A stretch of 56,334 bases of DNA from a virus (lineage: Duplodnaviria > Caudoviricetes): positions 1 through 56,334 of the IMG/VR virus record IMGVR_UViG_3300049926_000055, one strand, 5' to 3'. Position 1 is the first letter of the stretch. The number at the start of each line of letters is the position of its first letter. The translations under genes and the position numbers were made by a program. Below, one piece after another: positions 1 to 8,761 of the stretch. The notes under the pieces are model-generated. The model searched no databases and was not told the origin of the DNA. It saw only the letters and a program-made list of their open reading frames with translations.

Positions 1-20
1 ACCCCCGAAGACCCCGAATG
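1..20. repeat. 20-nt direct repeat identical to the last 20 nt of the window (circular assembly overlap)
   Basis: acccccgaagaccccgaatg at 1-20 and 56315-56334; the protease ORF reads in frame across the junction. Confidence 0.95.
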
Positions 21-99
21 GACGGGCCTCACAGCCCGTCTCGTCACGCCGCCCACCACGGACGACGTGTTCGCACGCCTGAAGGAGGCACTTCTGTGA
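1..99 (+). CDS. 3' end of the ClpP-type prohead protease gene (continues from 55382)
   Basis: Joined frame reads ...EDPEWTGLTARLVTPPTTDDVFARLKEALL* with TGA at 97-99, overlapping the capsid GTG (GTGA). Confidence 0.85.
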   Translation, partial: TPEDPEWTGLTARLVTPPTTDDVFARLKEALL

Positions 100-1577
100 G
101 CACCACAATCACCCCCGGGCAGCGAGCACGCCTGGCCGCCATGGGCTACGCCCCCCGCCACGCTGGCGCCGTGTTCAACCGCGCCGCCGCCCCGGCCGTC
201 CCCGATGGCGTCGCCGTGCCCAAGAACAGCGACGAGCTCGCTGAGATGATGGGCGACTCGGCGTGGCTGGAGAAGGTCATGGCCAGCCGTAGCGGCCTCC
301 ACAGCGTCATGGCCGCGTACGGCGAGAAGCAGCAGGGCGACGGCACCGAGATCCGCGCGCAGGTCAAGGAGATGGCGCAGCAGGAGGTGCGGAACTGGCT
401 CCTGGAGAATGGCGCCAAGGGCGACGGCCCGGATGCCAAGCGCCTGAACCTCGACCCGCAGGCCAAGCGCGGCAACGGCAACATGCTCACCTCGCACCGG
501 CAGGGCACCGCCCACAACCCGGGCGCCCCCGGCGCGTGCCTCGACGCGCACTTCGACACCAACATCGACTACATCCGGGCCATCTGGCACAAGAGCCCCG
601 AGGCGTCCGTTGCCGAGCAGCGCGGTGTCCTCCGCAACGCCGCCTCCAGCGTGTCCCCGTCGGACGGCGGGTTCCTCGTCCCCGAGACGCTGCGCTCCCA
701 GCTGCTCCAGATCGCCCTGGAACAGTCCGTCGTCCGCCCCCTCGCGACCGTCGTCCCCATGGACTCCGCGCGCGTCCCGTTCCCGATGATCGACGCCACG
801 TCCAACGCGTCCAGCGTCTTCGGCGGCATGATTGCCTACTGGGGTGAGGAAGGCGCCACCTTCACCGACGCGAGCCCGAAGTTCGGCCGCGCCGAGCTCG
901 ACGCGAAGAAGCTCACCGGCCTCTCCGCCGTGCCGAACGAGCTGCTCCAGGACTCCATCGTCAGCTTCTCCGCGCTCATCGAAAACCTGTGGCCCAAGGC
1001 CCTGGCGTTCGAGGAGGACTCCAAGTTCATGACCGGAACCGGTGTCGGCGAGCCGCTGGGCTTCATCGGCGCCGCCAACTCCGCGTCCATCGCCGTCGCC
1101 GCCGAGTCCGGGCAGGCCTCCGCGTCGATCGTCTACGAGAACATCGTCCACATGTACGCGAGGATGCTCCCCGCGTCGCTCCAGAACGCCGTGTGGATCT
1201 GCTCCCCCGACGCCCTGCCCGAGCTCCTCACCATGGCCCTGTCCGTCGGCACCGGCGGCAACAGCGTGTACGTCGTCAACGCGCAGGGCCCGGCCCCGCA
1301 GAACATCTTCGGCCGCCCCCTGATCGTGTCCGAGAAGGCCTCCACCCTTGGGGCCCGCGGCGACATCTGCTTCGTCGACCTCTCCTACTACCTGGTCGGC
1401 GACCGCCAGACCATGACCGCCGACTCCTCGACGGACTACAACTTCGGCTCCGACAAGACGACGTTCCGCATCATCCAGCGCGTCGACGGCCGCCCGTGGC
1501 TGAAGTCCGCGATCACCCCGAAGAACGGCTCCAGCAACACCCTCAGCCCGTTCGTCGAGCTCGCCGCACGTCCGTAA
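96..1577 (+). CDS. Major capsid protein (HK97 fold) with long N-terminal scaffold-like region
   Basis: SDGGFLVPE, AYWGEEG, KKLTGLSAVPNELLQDS, IFGRPLIVSE and FRIIQRVDGRP motifs; RBS gaaggagg precedes GTG at 96. Confidence 0.93.
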   Translation: MSTTITPGQRARLAAMGYAPRHAGAVFNRAAAPAVPDGVAVPKNSDELAEMMGDSAWLEKVMASRSGLHSVMAAYGEKQQGDGTEIRAQVKEMAQQEVRNWLLENGAKGDGPDAKRLNLDPQAKRGNGNMLTSHRQGTAHNPGAPGACLDAHFDTNIDYIRAIWHKSPEASVAEQRGVLRNAASSVSPSDGGFLVPETLRSQLLQIALEQSVVRPLATVVPMDSARVPFPMIDATSNASSVFGGMIAYWGEEGATFTDASPKFGRAELDAKKLTGLSAVPNELLQDSIVSFSALIENLWPKALAFEEDSKFMTGTGVGEPLGFIGAANSASIAVAAESGQASASIVYENIVHMYARMLPASLQNAVWICSPDALPELLTMALSVGTGGNSVYVVNAQGPAPQNIFGRPLIVSEKASTLGARGDICFVDLSYYLVGDRQTMTADSSTDYNFGSDKTTFRIIQRVDGRPWLKSAITPKNGSSNTLSPFVELAARP

Positions 1578-1584
1578 CACCCCG

Positions 1585-1616
1585 GCCGGCGGCGGCATTC
1601 AACCCCCGCCGCCGGC
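1585..1616 (+). terminator. Stem-loop after the capsid gene
   Basis: GCCGGCGGCGG-10 nt-CCGCCGCCGGC. Confidence 0.6.
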
Positions 1617-1673
1617 TATCACCCGGGTCGGCAGTGTCGCCCCGACAGGACCCCCAGACGGAAGGAGCCCGAG

Positions 1674-2111
1674 ATGGCTCAGAAGGCACTCGGCAGGCTG
1701 TTCAACACCACGCCTGCCGCAGACGCGAAGTGGATCAACGTGAAGGACGCGGGCGGTGTCGCGTTCCTGTGCTACCTCGCCGCCGCGGCCGGCGACACGT
1801 ACACCCTCCAGGAGGCCAAGGACGCGGCCGGGACCGGGGCGCAGAACCTCGCGGTGATCACCGAGTACTTCACCAACACCGGTGACGGCTCGGACGCGTG
1901 GACGCGCCGTACCCAGTCCGCCGCGGCCACCGTCGTCACCACGGCCACAGCCACGCAGAACGCAGCGGTCTTCGAGGTCGAGAACACGTCCCTGAGCGAC
2001 ACCTACAAGTTCGTCAAGGTCACCAGCACCGGCGCGGGCGCCGTCAACGCGGTCACCCGCGACCTGATGACGCAGCGCGCCGCCGCGAACCTGCCCGCGA
2101 TGGGGGTCTGA
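1674..2111 (+). CDS. Hypothetical virion protein (possible head decoration)
   Basis: RBS gaaggag, Thr/Ala-rich beta-type sequence, directly after the capsid gene. Confidence 0.6.
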   Translation: MAQKALGRLFNTTPAADAKWINVKDAGGVAFLCYLAAAAGDTYTLQEAKDAAGTGAQNLAVITEYFTNTGDGSDAWTRRTQSAAATVVTTATATQNAAVFEVENTSLSDTYKFVKVTSTGAGAVNAVTRDLMTQRAAANLPAMGV

Positions 2112-2113
2112 CC

Positions 2114-2563
2114 ATGTCTGTGATCATCGCGGGCGACCAGCTGCGCACCATCAACTTCGGATCGAGGGTCCAGAAGTCGACGGGCACCCTCGCCGCAACC
2201 ACGGTGCCGCTGTTCACCATCGCCGGCGGTCTCGTGGCCGTCACCAGCATCATCGGCCGGGTCACCACCGCGGTGACCGTCGCCAACAGCTACAAGCTCC
2301 AGCACAATCCGACGGCCGGTACGACCGTCGACCTGTGCGCCGCGACTGACATCGGCACCACTGACACCGTGCTCGGCGAAATCCTCGTCGTCAACGGCGC
2401 CAAGGCGACCGGCCTCACTGTGGGAGCACTCGCCGCACCCAACTACCCGATCCTCATGGACGTCGGGCAGATCGAGCACGTCTCTGCGGGTACTGACGGC
2501 GTGATCCTTTGGGCGCTGACGTACGTGGCGCTGGAGAACGGCGCGTCCGTGGTGGCGGCCTGA
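2114..2563 (+). CDS. Hypothetical virion protein
   Basis: MSVIIAGDQLRTINFG...; coupled to the previous stop; high-GC3 codon usage. Confidence 0.65.
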   Translation: MSVIIAGDQLRTINFGSRVQKSTGTLAATTVPLFTIAGGLVAVTSIIGRVTTAVTVANSYKLQHNPTAGTTVDLCAATDIGTTDTVLGEILVVNGAKATGLTVGALAAPNYPILMDVGQIEHVSAGTDGVILWALTYVALENGASVVAA

Positions 2564-2564
2564 C

Positions 2565-2948
2565 ATGGCCCTGTGGGTGTGCACGGAGTGTTCGACCGCG
2601 TATTCGGTGGGCGCTCCGTGCTGCCCGCACTGCCGGTCCACAGTCCACGTCGAGGAGGGACAAGAGGTCATGGCGAAGATCACCGTGCACGGGGGGCCGT
2701 CGAACGCGGCCGCCGACGCCGAAGCACAGCCGGAGCAGGCCGAGGGGAGTGAGCCGTCATCAGCTGGCAGCAGCTCGCAGACATCTACCGAACCGCCGCA
2801 GCCCTCGCCGAAGACGAGCGAGCCCGAGGACCGATCGCCTGCCCGAACGACGGGGAGCCGCTCACGCAAGGCCCGGACGGCGAACTCTTCTGCCAATGGG
2901 ACGGCTGGCGACCCGGAGGCCGATACGTCGGCCAGTAGCGACAACTGA
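2565..2948 (+). CDS. Zn-ribbon protein with low-complexity C-terminus
   Basis: CTEC...CPHC at the N-terminus; Ser/Pro-rich tail overlapping a nested ORF. Confidence 0.6.
   Translation: MALWVCTECSTAYSVGAPCCPHCRSTVHVEEGQEVMAKITVHGGPSNAAADAEAQPEQAEGSEPSSAGSSSQTSTEPPQPSPKTSEPEDRSPARTTGSRSRKARTANSSANGTAGDPEADTSASSDN
2759..2938 (+). CDS. Nested small protein (59 aa), apparent ATC start
   Basis: ISWQQLADIYRTAAALAEDERARGPIACPNDGEPLTQGPDGELFCQWDGWRPGGRYVGQ*; RBS-like GAGGGGAGTGA upstream. Confidence 0.55.
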   Translation: MSWQQLADIYRTAAALAEDERARGPIACPNDGEPLTQGPDGELFCQWDGWRPGGRYVGQ

Positions 2949-2986
2949 CCACACCACCCCGCCCCACCGCTTGAGAGGAGGAAACG

Positions 2987-4672
2987 ATGGGCGAGACCAT
3001 CCGCAACCGCGACGCCGGATCCTCCGGACTCACCGTCCAGGACCAGCCCGACGGCAACACCACCGACTGCCACGCCCTGGCCGTCACCCTCGCCGCGACC
3101 TCCGGACGCGCCTCCGCTCTTCAGGCCCTCTCCCTCAACCCGTCCGCGCCGGTGGTCGCGGCTCAGGGCCCGGGCACGCTCCTCGACCTGCGCGACGCCA
3201 CCGGCACCACCAAGTTTTCTGTGTCGCAGGCCGGGGCCCTCACCGCAGGTGGGGTGGCGGTGCCCACGGTCAACACCGCGGTGCTCCTCACGGGCAACCA
3301 GAGCATCGACGGCATCAAGACGTTCACGTCCGTGCCCGTGCTGCCGGCGTCCGACCCCACCACGGACAACCAGGCCGGGCGCAAGGCGTACATCGACGCT
3401 CAGGACACGGCGTGGCGGCGTCGGCACATGCCGCCGCTCATCACGCAGAAAGCCCTGTACACCTCGACGGGGGTGGGCGGCACGTGCACGCTGACGCTCG
3501 CGCAGACTTCGACGCCCACCGCTGGCTTCATCAAGTACACGCCGTCGCCGGTGGCACTGGCCGGCAGCAGCAACACCGCGGACAGCACCGGCCCGTACAC
3601 GTACGCAGCGGACGAGATCGCCTTGTCCTCGTCGTCCGTGAACTTCGTCGTGTCCACGTCGATCGACCCGCACATCAACACCAACCCGCAAGGCGTCCTG
3701 TCCGCGAGCTTCGGAACCGACGCCGACATCTTCCAGGTACGACTCCTGCCGCAGCAGACCACCGACGCGATCCGCCTGTTCATCGACGGCGTGCCCGTCC
3801 AGGACAAGCCGATACTGCTGTCGGCGATCGCCACCGAAGGCGCCCTCGGCAACAGCCATCTGCTGACCGTGAACCTCGGGTCCAGCGCCCCGCGCCGGAT
3901 CCGCATCGAGATCTACACCTCCCGCTTCGGCGGGGTCTTCCAGGGCCCCACGTACGACTTCTGGGAGATCGGCCTGCACGGGCCGAAGATCGCCGTCCTC
4001 GGCGACAGCACCTCAGGCGGCTCCTCCGTCAACACCGGCGGCCCCGCCGGGACGTGGTTCCCCTTCATGTGCGACCTGTTCGGCTGGGAAAACCGGTGGA
4101 ACCAGAGCAGGGGCGGCACCGGGTACATCACCACCAACAGCCCGTACACGACGCTCCCCAACAGGGTGGCCCTCGACATCGTCGCGAAGAACTTCGACGT
4201 CGTCATCGTCGACGCCGGCTACAACGACGCGTCTACCGACCAGACCACCTTCCAGGCCGCGGTCACCTCGACTATCTCCGCGATCAAGGCGGGATTGCCC
4301 AAGGCGTGGGTCATCGGTGTCGGCTGCTACTCCACCTCCGGGACCTGGCCGATCTATGCGGCCAGCCCCGTGGCCACCCCCCTTGCGGGTTCGGTCACGA
4401 AGGACTCGTGGCAGCGCACCGTGTTCCAGGCGCAGGGCATCCCCTACATTTCGCAGCTCACCGGGGAGATCCGCGACGCCTCGTGGAACCTGGTGGACAC
4501 CATCGGCCCGTGGATGACCGGGTCCGGCCGCGTCGGCACCACCACCGGCTTCGGCTCCGCGGACCGCTTCCTCGGCGACGGCGCATCGGATGCCATCCAC
4601 CCCAACGACCTCGGCCACAAAGTCAAGGGCATGTGGATGGCCACCGCGATGCGCAAGCTGATGGCGGTGTGA
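2987..4672 (+). CDS. Virion-associated protein with C-terminal SGNH/GDSL hydrolase domain
   Basis: SGNH blocks AVLGDST, GGTGY, DAGYND and DAIHPNDLGH; N-terminal fibre-like LTGNQSIDGIKTF. Confidence 0.8.
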   Translation: MGETIRNRDAGSSGLTVQDQPDGNTTDCHALAVTLAATSGRASALQALSLNPSAPVVAAQGPGTLLDLRDATGTTKFSVSQAGALTAGGVAVPTVNTAVLLTGNQSIDGIKTFTSVPVLPASDPTTDNQAGRKAYIDAQDTAWRRRHMPPLITQKALYTSTGVGGTCTLTLAQTSTPTAGFIKYTPSPVALAGSSNTADSTGPYTYAADEIALSSSSVNFVVSTSIDPHINTNPQGVLSASFGTDADIFQVRLLPQQTTDAIRLFIDGVPVQDKPILLSAIATEGALGNSHLLTVNLGSSAPRRIRIEIYTSRFGGVFQGPTYDFWEIGLHGPKIAVLGDSTSGGSSVNTGGPAGTWFPFMCDLFGWENRWNQSRGGTGYITTNSPYTTLPNRVALDIVAKNFDVVIVDAGYNDASTDQTTFQAAVTSTISAIKAGLPKAWVIGVGCYSTSGTWPIYAASPVATPLAGSVTKDSWQRTVFQAQGIPYISQLTGEIRDASWNLVDTIGPWMTGSGRVGTTTGFGSADRFLGDGASDAIHPNDLGHKVKGMWMATAMRKLMAV

Positions 4673-4676
4673 CCCC

Positions 4677-5723
4677 ATGATGCTGCCGCTGTACGCGACC
4701 CGCGAAGAAGTGAAGAAGCGCCTCGACATCAAGGAGACCGCACGCTCCAACGCGCAGATCGACGACGCGCTGGCCGCCGCGTCCCGCAACGTCGAAGGTC
4801 TCACGCACCGCCGGTTCTATCCGGAGATCGCTACCCGCTACTTCGACTGGCCCCGCCAGTACGCGCGCCCGTGGCGGCTGTGGCTCGACTCCAACGAACT
4901 CATCTCCATCACCACCCTGATGTCCGGCACCCAGACAATCGCCGCATCCGACTTCTTCCTGCGACGCAGCGACGACAAAGACGAACCCCCCTACACGCTC
5001 CTCGAACTCGACCTCGACGGCCCCGCCGCGTTCGGCGTCAGCGCCACCATGCAACGCGACATCGCCGTCACCGGCCTGTTCGGGTACCGCAACGACGAGA
5101 CAGCGGCCGGGACGCTCGCCGCAGCCGTGAGCAGCACAACCGCGACCACGGTCACCGTTGACGGGCCTGCGTCCGCGCTACTCGGTGTCGGCTCGGTGCT
5201 GCGCGTCGACTCGGAGCGGATGATCGTCACCGGCCGGGCGCAGGTCACCACCGGGCAGACGGTCCTCACGCCCCTCACCGCGGCGATGAATGACGAGACC
5301 GTCCAGGTCACCACCCCAGCGGCGTACACCGAAGGCGAGGTGCTGCACGTCGACTCGGAGGACATGCTGGTCACCGCTGTCGCCGCCGCGGTCACCGTGA
5401 AACGCAAGTGGGACGGCAGCTCGCTGGCCGCGCACACCGGGTCCACGATCTACGCCCCCCGCGTCCTGACTGTGGCCCGTGGCGCGCTGGGCACCACGGC
5501 TACCACCCACCTGAACGCCGCCCCCGTGTACCGGTTGGACCCGCCCGGCCCGGTCAAGGCGCTGACGGTCGCACTGGCCATGGAGCAGCTCCTCCAGGAG
5601 CAGGCCGGATACGGCCGCGTCCCCAAGACCGGTGGCCGTGCCGCCACCGTGAGCCCCCTCGATGCCCTGCGGAACCAGGTGTACGACTCCCACGGCCGCA
5701 AGGGCCGGGTGGGGGCGGTATGA
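4677..5723 (+). CDS. Head-to-tail adaptor with inserted beta domains
   Basis: YATREEVKKRL...ALAAASRNVEGLTHRRFY at the N-terminus; position in the head-tail module. Confidence 0.7.
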   Translation: MMLPLYATREEVKKRLDIKETARSNAQIDDALAAASRNVEGLTHRRFYPEIATRYFDWPRQYARPWRLWLDSNELISITTLMSGTQTIAASDFFLRRSDDKDEPPYTLLELDLDGPAAFGVSATMQRDIAVTGLFGYRNDETAAGTLAAAVSSTTATTVTVDGPASALLGVGSVLRVDSERMIVTGRAQVTTGQTVLTPLTAAMNDETVQVTTPAAYTEGEVLHVDSEDMLVTAVAAAVTVKRKWDGSSLAAHTGSTIYAPRVLTVARGALGTTATTHLNAAPVYRLDPPGPVKALTVALAMEQLLQEQAGYGRVPKTGGRAATVSPLDALRNQVYDSHGRKGRVGAV

Positions 5724-6106
5724 GCAACGTCGACATCCACGCCAGCGGCCCGCTGTTCGACGGGCGTGCCCAGCGCGCGGTCGCCCGGGCATCGGTGGAA
5801 GCCCGCGAGGACATCGCCGCGTTCGCTGAGGACCACGCGCTGATGCTGATGGGCGCCGCGTTCAAGCACCCCACCGGCTACTACGAATCGCAGGTCCGCA
5901 CCACCAACGTCAGCGCGGACACCGACCGCGTGTGGGACGACGGCGTCGTCTACGGGCCGTGGCTCGAAGGCGTCGGCTCCCGCAACTTCCCCGTCACCAG
6001 GTTCCGGGGCTACTCGCACTGGCGGCGCACCAAAGACCTCACCAAGACCCGCGCCCCCCACATCGCCGAACAGACCATCGCCCGCCACCTGCCGGAAATG
6101 AGGTGA
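5720..6106 (+). CDS. Head-tail joining / tail completion protein (HK97 gp10-like)
   Basis: PTGYYESQV...VVYGPWLEG motif; synteny. Confidence 0.6.
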   Translation: MSNVDIHASGPLFDGRAQRAVARASVEAREDIAAFAEDHALMLMGAAFKHPTGYYESQVRTTNVSADTDRVWDDGVVYGPWLEGVGSRNFPVTRFRGYSHWRRTKDLTKTRAPHIAEQTIARHLPEMR

Positions 6107-6110
6107 CCCC

Positions 6111-6572
6111 GTGCCCATCGGAATCGACAGCATCCTCAACACGGTCATCTCCCACGCCGCCGCCAGCGGCTGGTTCGAGCAGGTCAACGGCGGCGAACCG
6201 TTGAGCCCCGCCGTACCCGGGCTGACGGCCGCCGTGTGGGTCGACACCCTCGCACCAATCCGCGCCTCCGGACTCGTCTCCGCGTCAGCCCGCCTCGGCC
6301 TCACCGTACGGCTGTACACCTCGGCCGATCAGACCCCGACCGACGCAATCGACCCCAACCTGACGCTCGCCACCGACGCACTCACGCGGGCGTACGTCGG
6401 CGACTTCCAACTCGGCGGCGGCGACGACGTCCGGTACATCGACATCTTCGGCGCGCACGGCGCGGGCCTGGACGCGAGGGCCGGGTACCTGCCGCTGTCC
6501 GGCGTGCAGCTGCGCGTCATGACGATCAGCGTGCCCGTGATCATCAACGACCTTTGGGATGAGGCGGCATAG
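6111..6572 (+). CDS. Tail terminator-like protein
   Basis: Size and position just before the tube genes; RBS gaggtga. Confidence 0.6.
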   Translation: MPIGIDSILNTVISHAAASGWFEQVNGGEPLSPAVPGLTAAVWVDTLAPIRASGLVSASARLGLTVRLYTSADQTPTDAIDPNLTLATDALTRAYVGDFQLGGGDDVRYIDIFGAHGAGLDARAGYLPLSGVQLRVMTISVPVIINDLWDEAA

Positions 6573-7325
6573 ATGGCAAAAACAGGTGGCCTCGGCGACG
6601 CGCTCCTCATCGCTGGCTACAACGCGTCCGGTGACATCGGGAGCCTCGGCAACATCGGCGGCGGCCCCGCCGTGCTGCCCGTCACCGGCATCGACAAGTC
6701 CGCGATGGAACGCCTCGGCGGCCTGCGTGACGGGCGCATCGAATACACGGCGTTCTTCAACCACGTCGCGGTCACCGGAGCGACTCACGACAAGCTCGCC
6801 GTACTCCCGACCACGGACCAGATCCTCACCTACTGCCGGGGCACCACCCTCGGCGCGGACGCGGCGTGCCTGGTGTCCAAGCAGATCAACTACGACCCCA
6901 CCAGGGCCGACGACGGCAGCCTGACGTTCGCCGTCCAGGCCCAGTCGAACGGCTTCGGCATCGAGTGGGGCAACCAGCTCACTGCCGGCCTGCGTACGGA
7001 CACGGCCGCGACGAACGGCACGGGCATCGACACCCTCGCCTCGGCGGCGTTTGGCGCGCAGGCCTACTTGCAGGTCAGCGCGTTCACCGGGACGGACGTC
7101 ACGATCAAGATCCAGGACTCGGCGGACAACTCGGCGTTCGCCGACGTCACCGGTCTGACGTTCACCTCGGTCACCTCGGCGCCGACCACGCAGCGTCTGG
7201 CCACCGTGAACACGGCGACGATCCGCCGCTACCTGCGGGCCGTCACCACCACCACGGGCGGCGTCACCTCGGTGACTTTCAACGTCGTCGTGGTCAAGAA
7301 CGAGATCGCGGGGGTGACCTTCTGA
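6573..7325 (+). CDS. Tail tube-like protein with extra C-terminal domain
   Basis: VTGIDKSAMERL motif shared with 7766 ORF; synteny. Confidence 0.6.
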   Translation: MAKTGGLGDALLIAGYNASGDIGSLGNIGGGPAVLPVTGIDKSAMERLGGLRDGRIEYTAFFNHVAVTGATHDKLAVLPTTDQILTYCRGTTLGADAACLVSKQINYDPTRADDGSLTFAVQAQSNGFGIEWGNQLTAGLRTDTAATNGTGIDTLASAAFGAQAYLQVSAFTGTDVTIKIQDSADNSAFADVTGLTFTSVTSAPTTQRLATVNTATIRRYLRAVTTTTGGVTSVTFNVVVVKNEIAGVTF

Positions 7326-7759
7326 TGGGCGACCTCAACCCGGCGATGCCGCCGCAGTTCTACAAGACCTACGCGGTCGTGACGCCGCTGAGCAGCCACT
7401 TCCGGCGCGGGACCTGCGCCGAAGTCGGCTGCGAACCGTACCTGAAGGGCTGGCGGACCCGCGTCGAGGGCCTACCCCCGGAGATGCTCCACGACGCCCG
7501 CAACTCCGGGCGCCGCTACACCGAGCAGCACGTAGCCGAGGGCGAGACGTGGCTGGTGTTCGAAGCCGGGCAGCCCTGCTTCCGGGCCGAGACGCACCGC
7601 ACCCGCATCGACCGGGCGCCGCTGTACGTGGTCCGCGAGGGCGACCACCGGGGCAACCCGCGCGGCACCAAGGCCCGACTGCACCAGCAGCCGGACAACT
7701 GGCTGGACGACTTCGCCACGCACCAGCAGGCGATCGCAGACGCAATCAAGGAAGGGTGA
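7325..7759 (+). CDS. Hypothetical tail-module protein (Cys/His motifs)
   Basis: ATG overlaps the previous stop; CAEVGC and GQPCF...H. Confidence 0.6.
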   Translation: MGDLNPAMPPQFYKTYAVVTPLSSHFRRGTCAEVGCEPYLKGWRTRVEGLPPEMLHDARNSGRRYTEQHVAEGETWLVFEAGQPCFRAETHRTRIDRAPLYVVREGDHRGNPRGTKARLHQQPDNWLDDFATHQQAIADAIKEG

Positions 7760-7765
7760 TCACCC

Positions 7766-8167
7766 ATGGCGAAGGCCAGCGGACTCGCACAGACAGCACT
7801 CTCGGTGGACACGTCCGCCGGTTCCCCCGTGGACATCCGTAACGACGTCATGAACTGGCAGATGTCCACACCCCGCGCGGTGCAGGACGTGACCGGTGTG
7901 GACAAGTCCGCGAACGAGCGGCTCCTGCTCCTCGCCGATGTGTCCGTGACGCTGAACGGCGTCTTCAACGCGGCGACCTCGCACACCGTGTTCCGCACGG
8001 TGCCGTCGACGTCGGTGAACCGCACCACCACCCTCACCGTCAACGGCGTGACCCTCGCCCCGGAGCTGCTCTACACCGACTACCAGCTGTCGCGTTCCGA
8101 TGGCGGCGAACTCACGTGGTCGGCCCCCGGTGTCCTTGCGGATGGCGTCGTGCCTACCTGGGCCTGA
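7766..8167 (+). CDS. Major tail (tube) protein, minimal
   Basis: Immediately before the chaperone and tape measure genes; VTGVDKSANERL. Confidence 0.65.
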   Translation: MAKASGLAQTALSVDTSAGSPVDIRNDVMNWQMSTPRAVQDVTGVDKSANERLLLLADVSVTLNGVFNAATSHTVFRTVPSTSVNRTTTLTVNGVTLAPELLYTDYQLSRSDGGELTWSAPGVLADGVVPTWA

Positions 8168-8210
8168 GCATGCACATGTCAGATCGAACTGCTCAGAGAA
8201 GGGCCTGACC

Positions 8211-8615
8211 ATGGGCTTCCGGCCACCCCGCAAGATCTACAACCTCGACTTCGCAGGCACCGACTACGACGGCGCCCACGTCCGCATGCGCGGCACCACC
8301 GTCCGCGAAGAAATACGGATCAACGACCTCCGCGCCAGCGAAGACCCCAACTCAATCCGCGAACTCTTCGAAGCCATGGTCGAACTCCTCATCGACTGGG
8401 ACATCGAAGACGACGACGGCCCCGTCCCCACCACCCTCGAAGGCGTCACCTCCCAAGACAGCAGCTTCATCAGCGCCGTCATCACCGCCCTCCAGACCGC
8501 CGTCGCGGGGGTGGAAGCCCCTTTGCCCGAAAGCTCGCCCTCTGGCGAGCTGTCGGCGGTGGCATCGATCCCGATGGAAACCCTGTCACCAAGCCCCGAG
8601 AGCTTGCCCGCGTAG
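8211..8615 (+). CDS. Tail assembly chaperone (gpG-like)
   Basis: LIDWDIEDDDGPVP motif; position before the tape measure gene. Confidence 0.75.
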   Translation: MGFRPPRKIYNLDFAGTDYDGAHVRMRGTTVREEIRINDLRASEDPNSIRELFEAMVELLIDWDIEDDDGPVPTTLEGVTSQDSSFISAVITALQTAVAGVEAPLPESSPSGELSAVASIPMETLSPSPESLPA

Positions 8616-8761
8616 AACTTCTCCTCGGGATCCTCCGCCGCTTCCCCGGATACACCCTCACCACCCTGCTCGACGAAGACACCGAACTACTGAAAATGCT
8701 GGCCATCGCTGAGGCCGGCGGCCTGGACCTGGACGGAGGAGGTGACCCCGATGGCGAATGA
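8519..8761 (+). CDS. -1 frameshift extension of tail assembly chaperone (gpGT-like)
   Basis: Slippery C CCT TTG at 8519-8525; -1 frame is open and protein-like to TGA 8761 (FARKLALWRAVGGG...LLLGILRRFPGYTLTTLLDEDTELLKMLAI). Confidence 0.7.
   Translation, partial: PFARKLALWRAVGGGIDPDGNPVTKPRELARVELLLGILRRFPGYTLTTLLDEDTELLKMLAIAEAGGLDLDGGGDPDGE

Noticed and set aside
18-95. ATG at 18 as capsid start
   Set aside because: Region encodes the protease C-terminus; RBS and GTGA coupling favour GTG at 96
2509-4680. 723-aa plus-strand ORF
   Set aside because: Arg/His/Pro-rich off-frame translation over the SGNH gene
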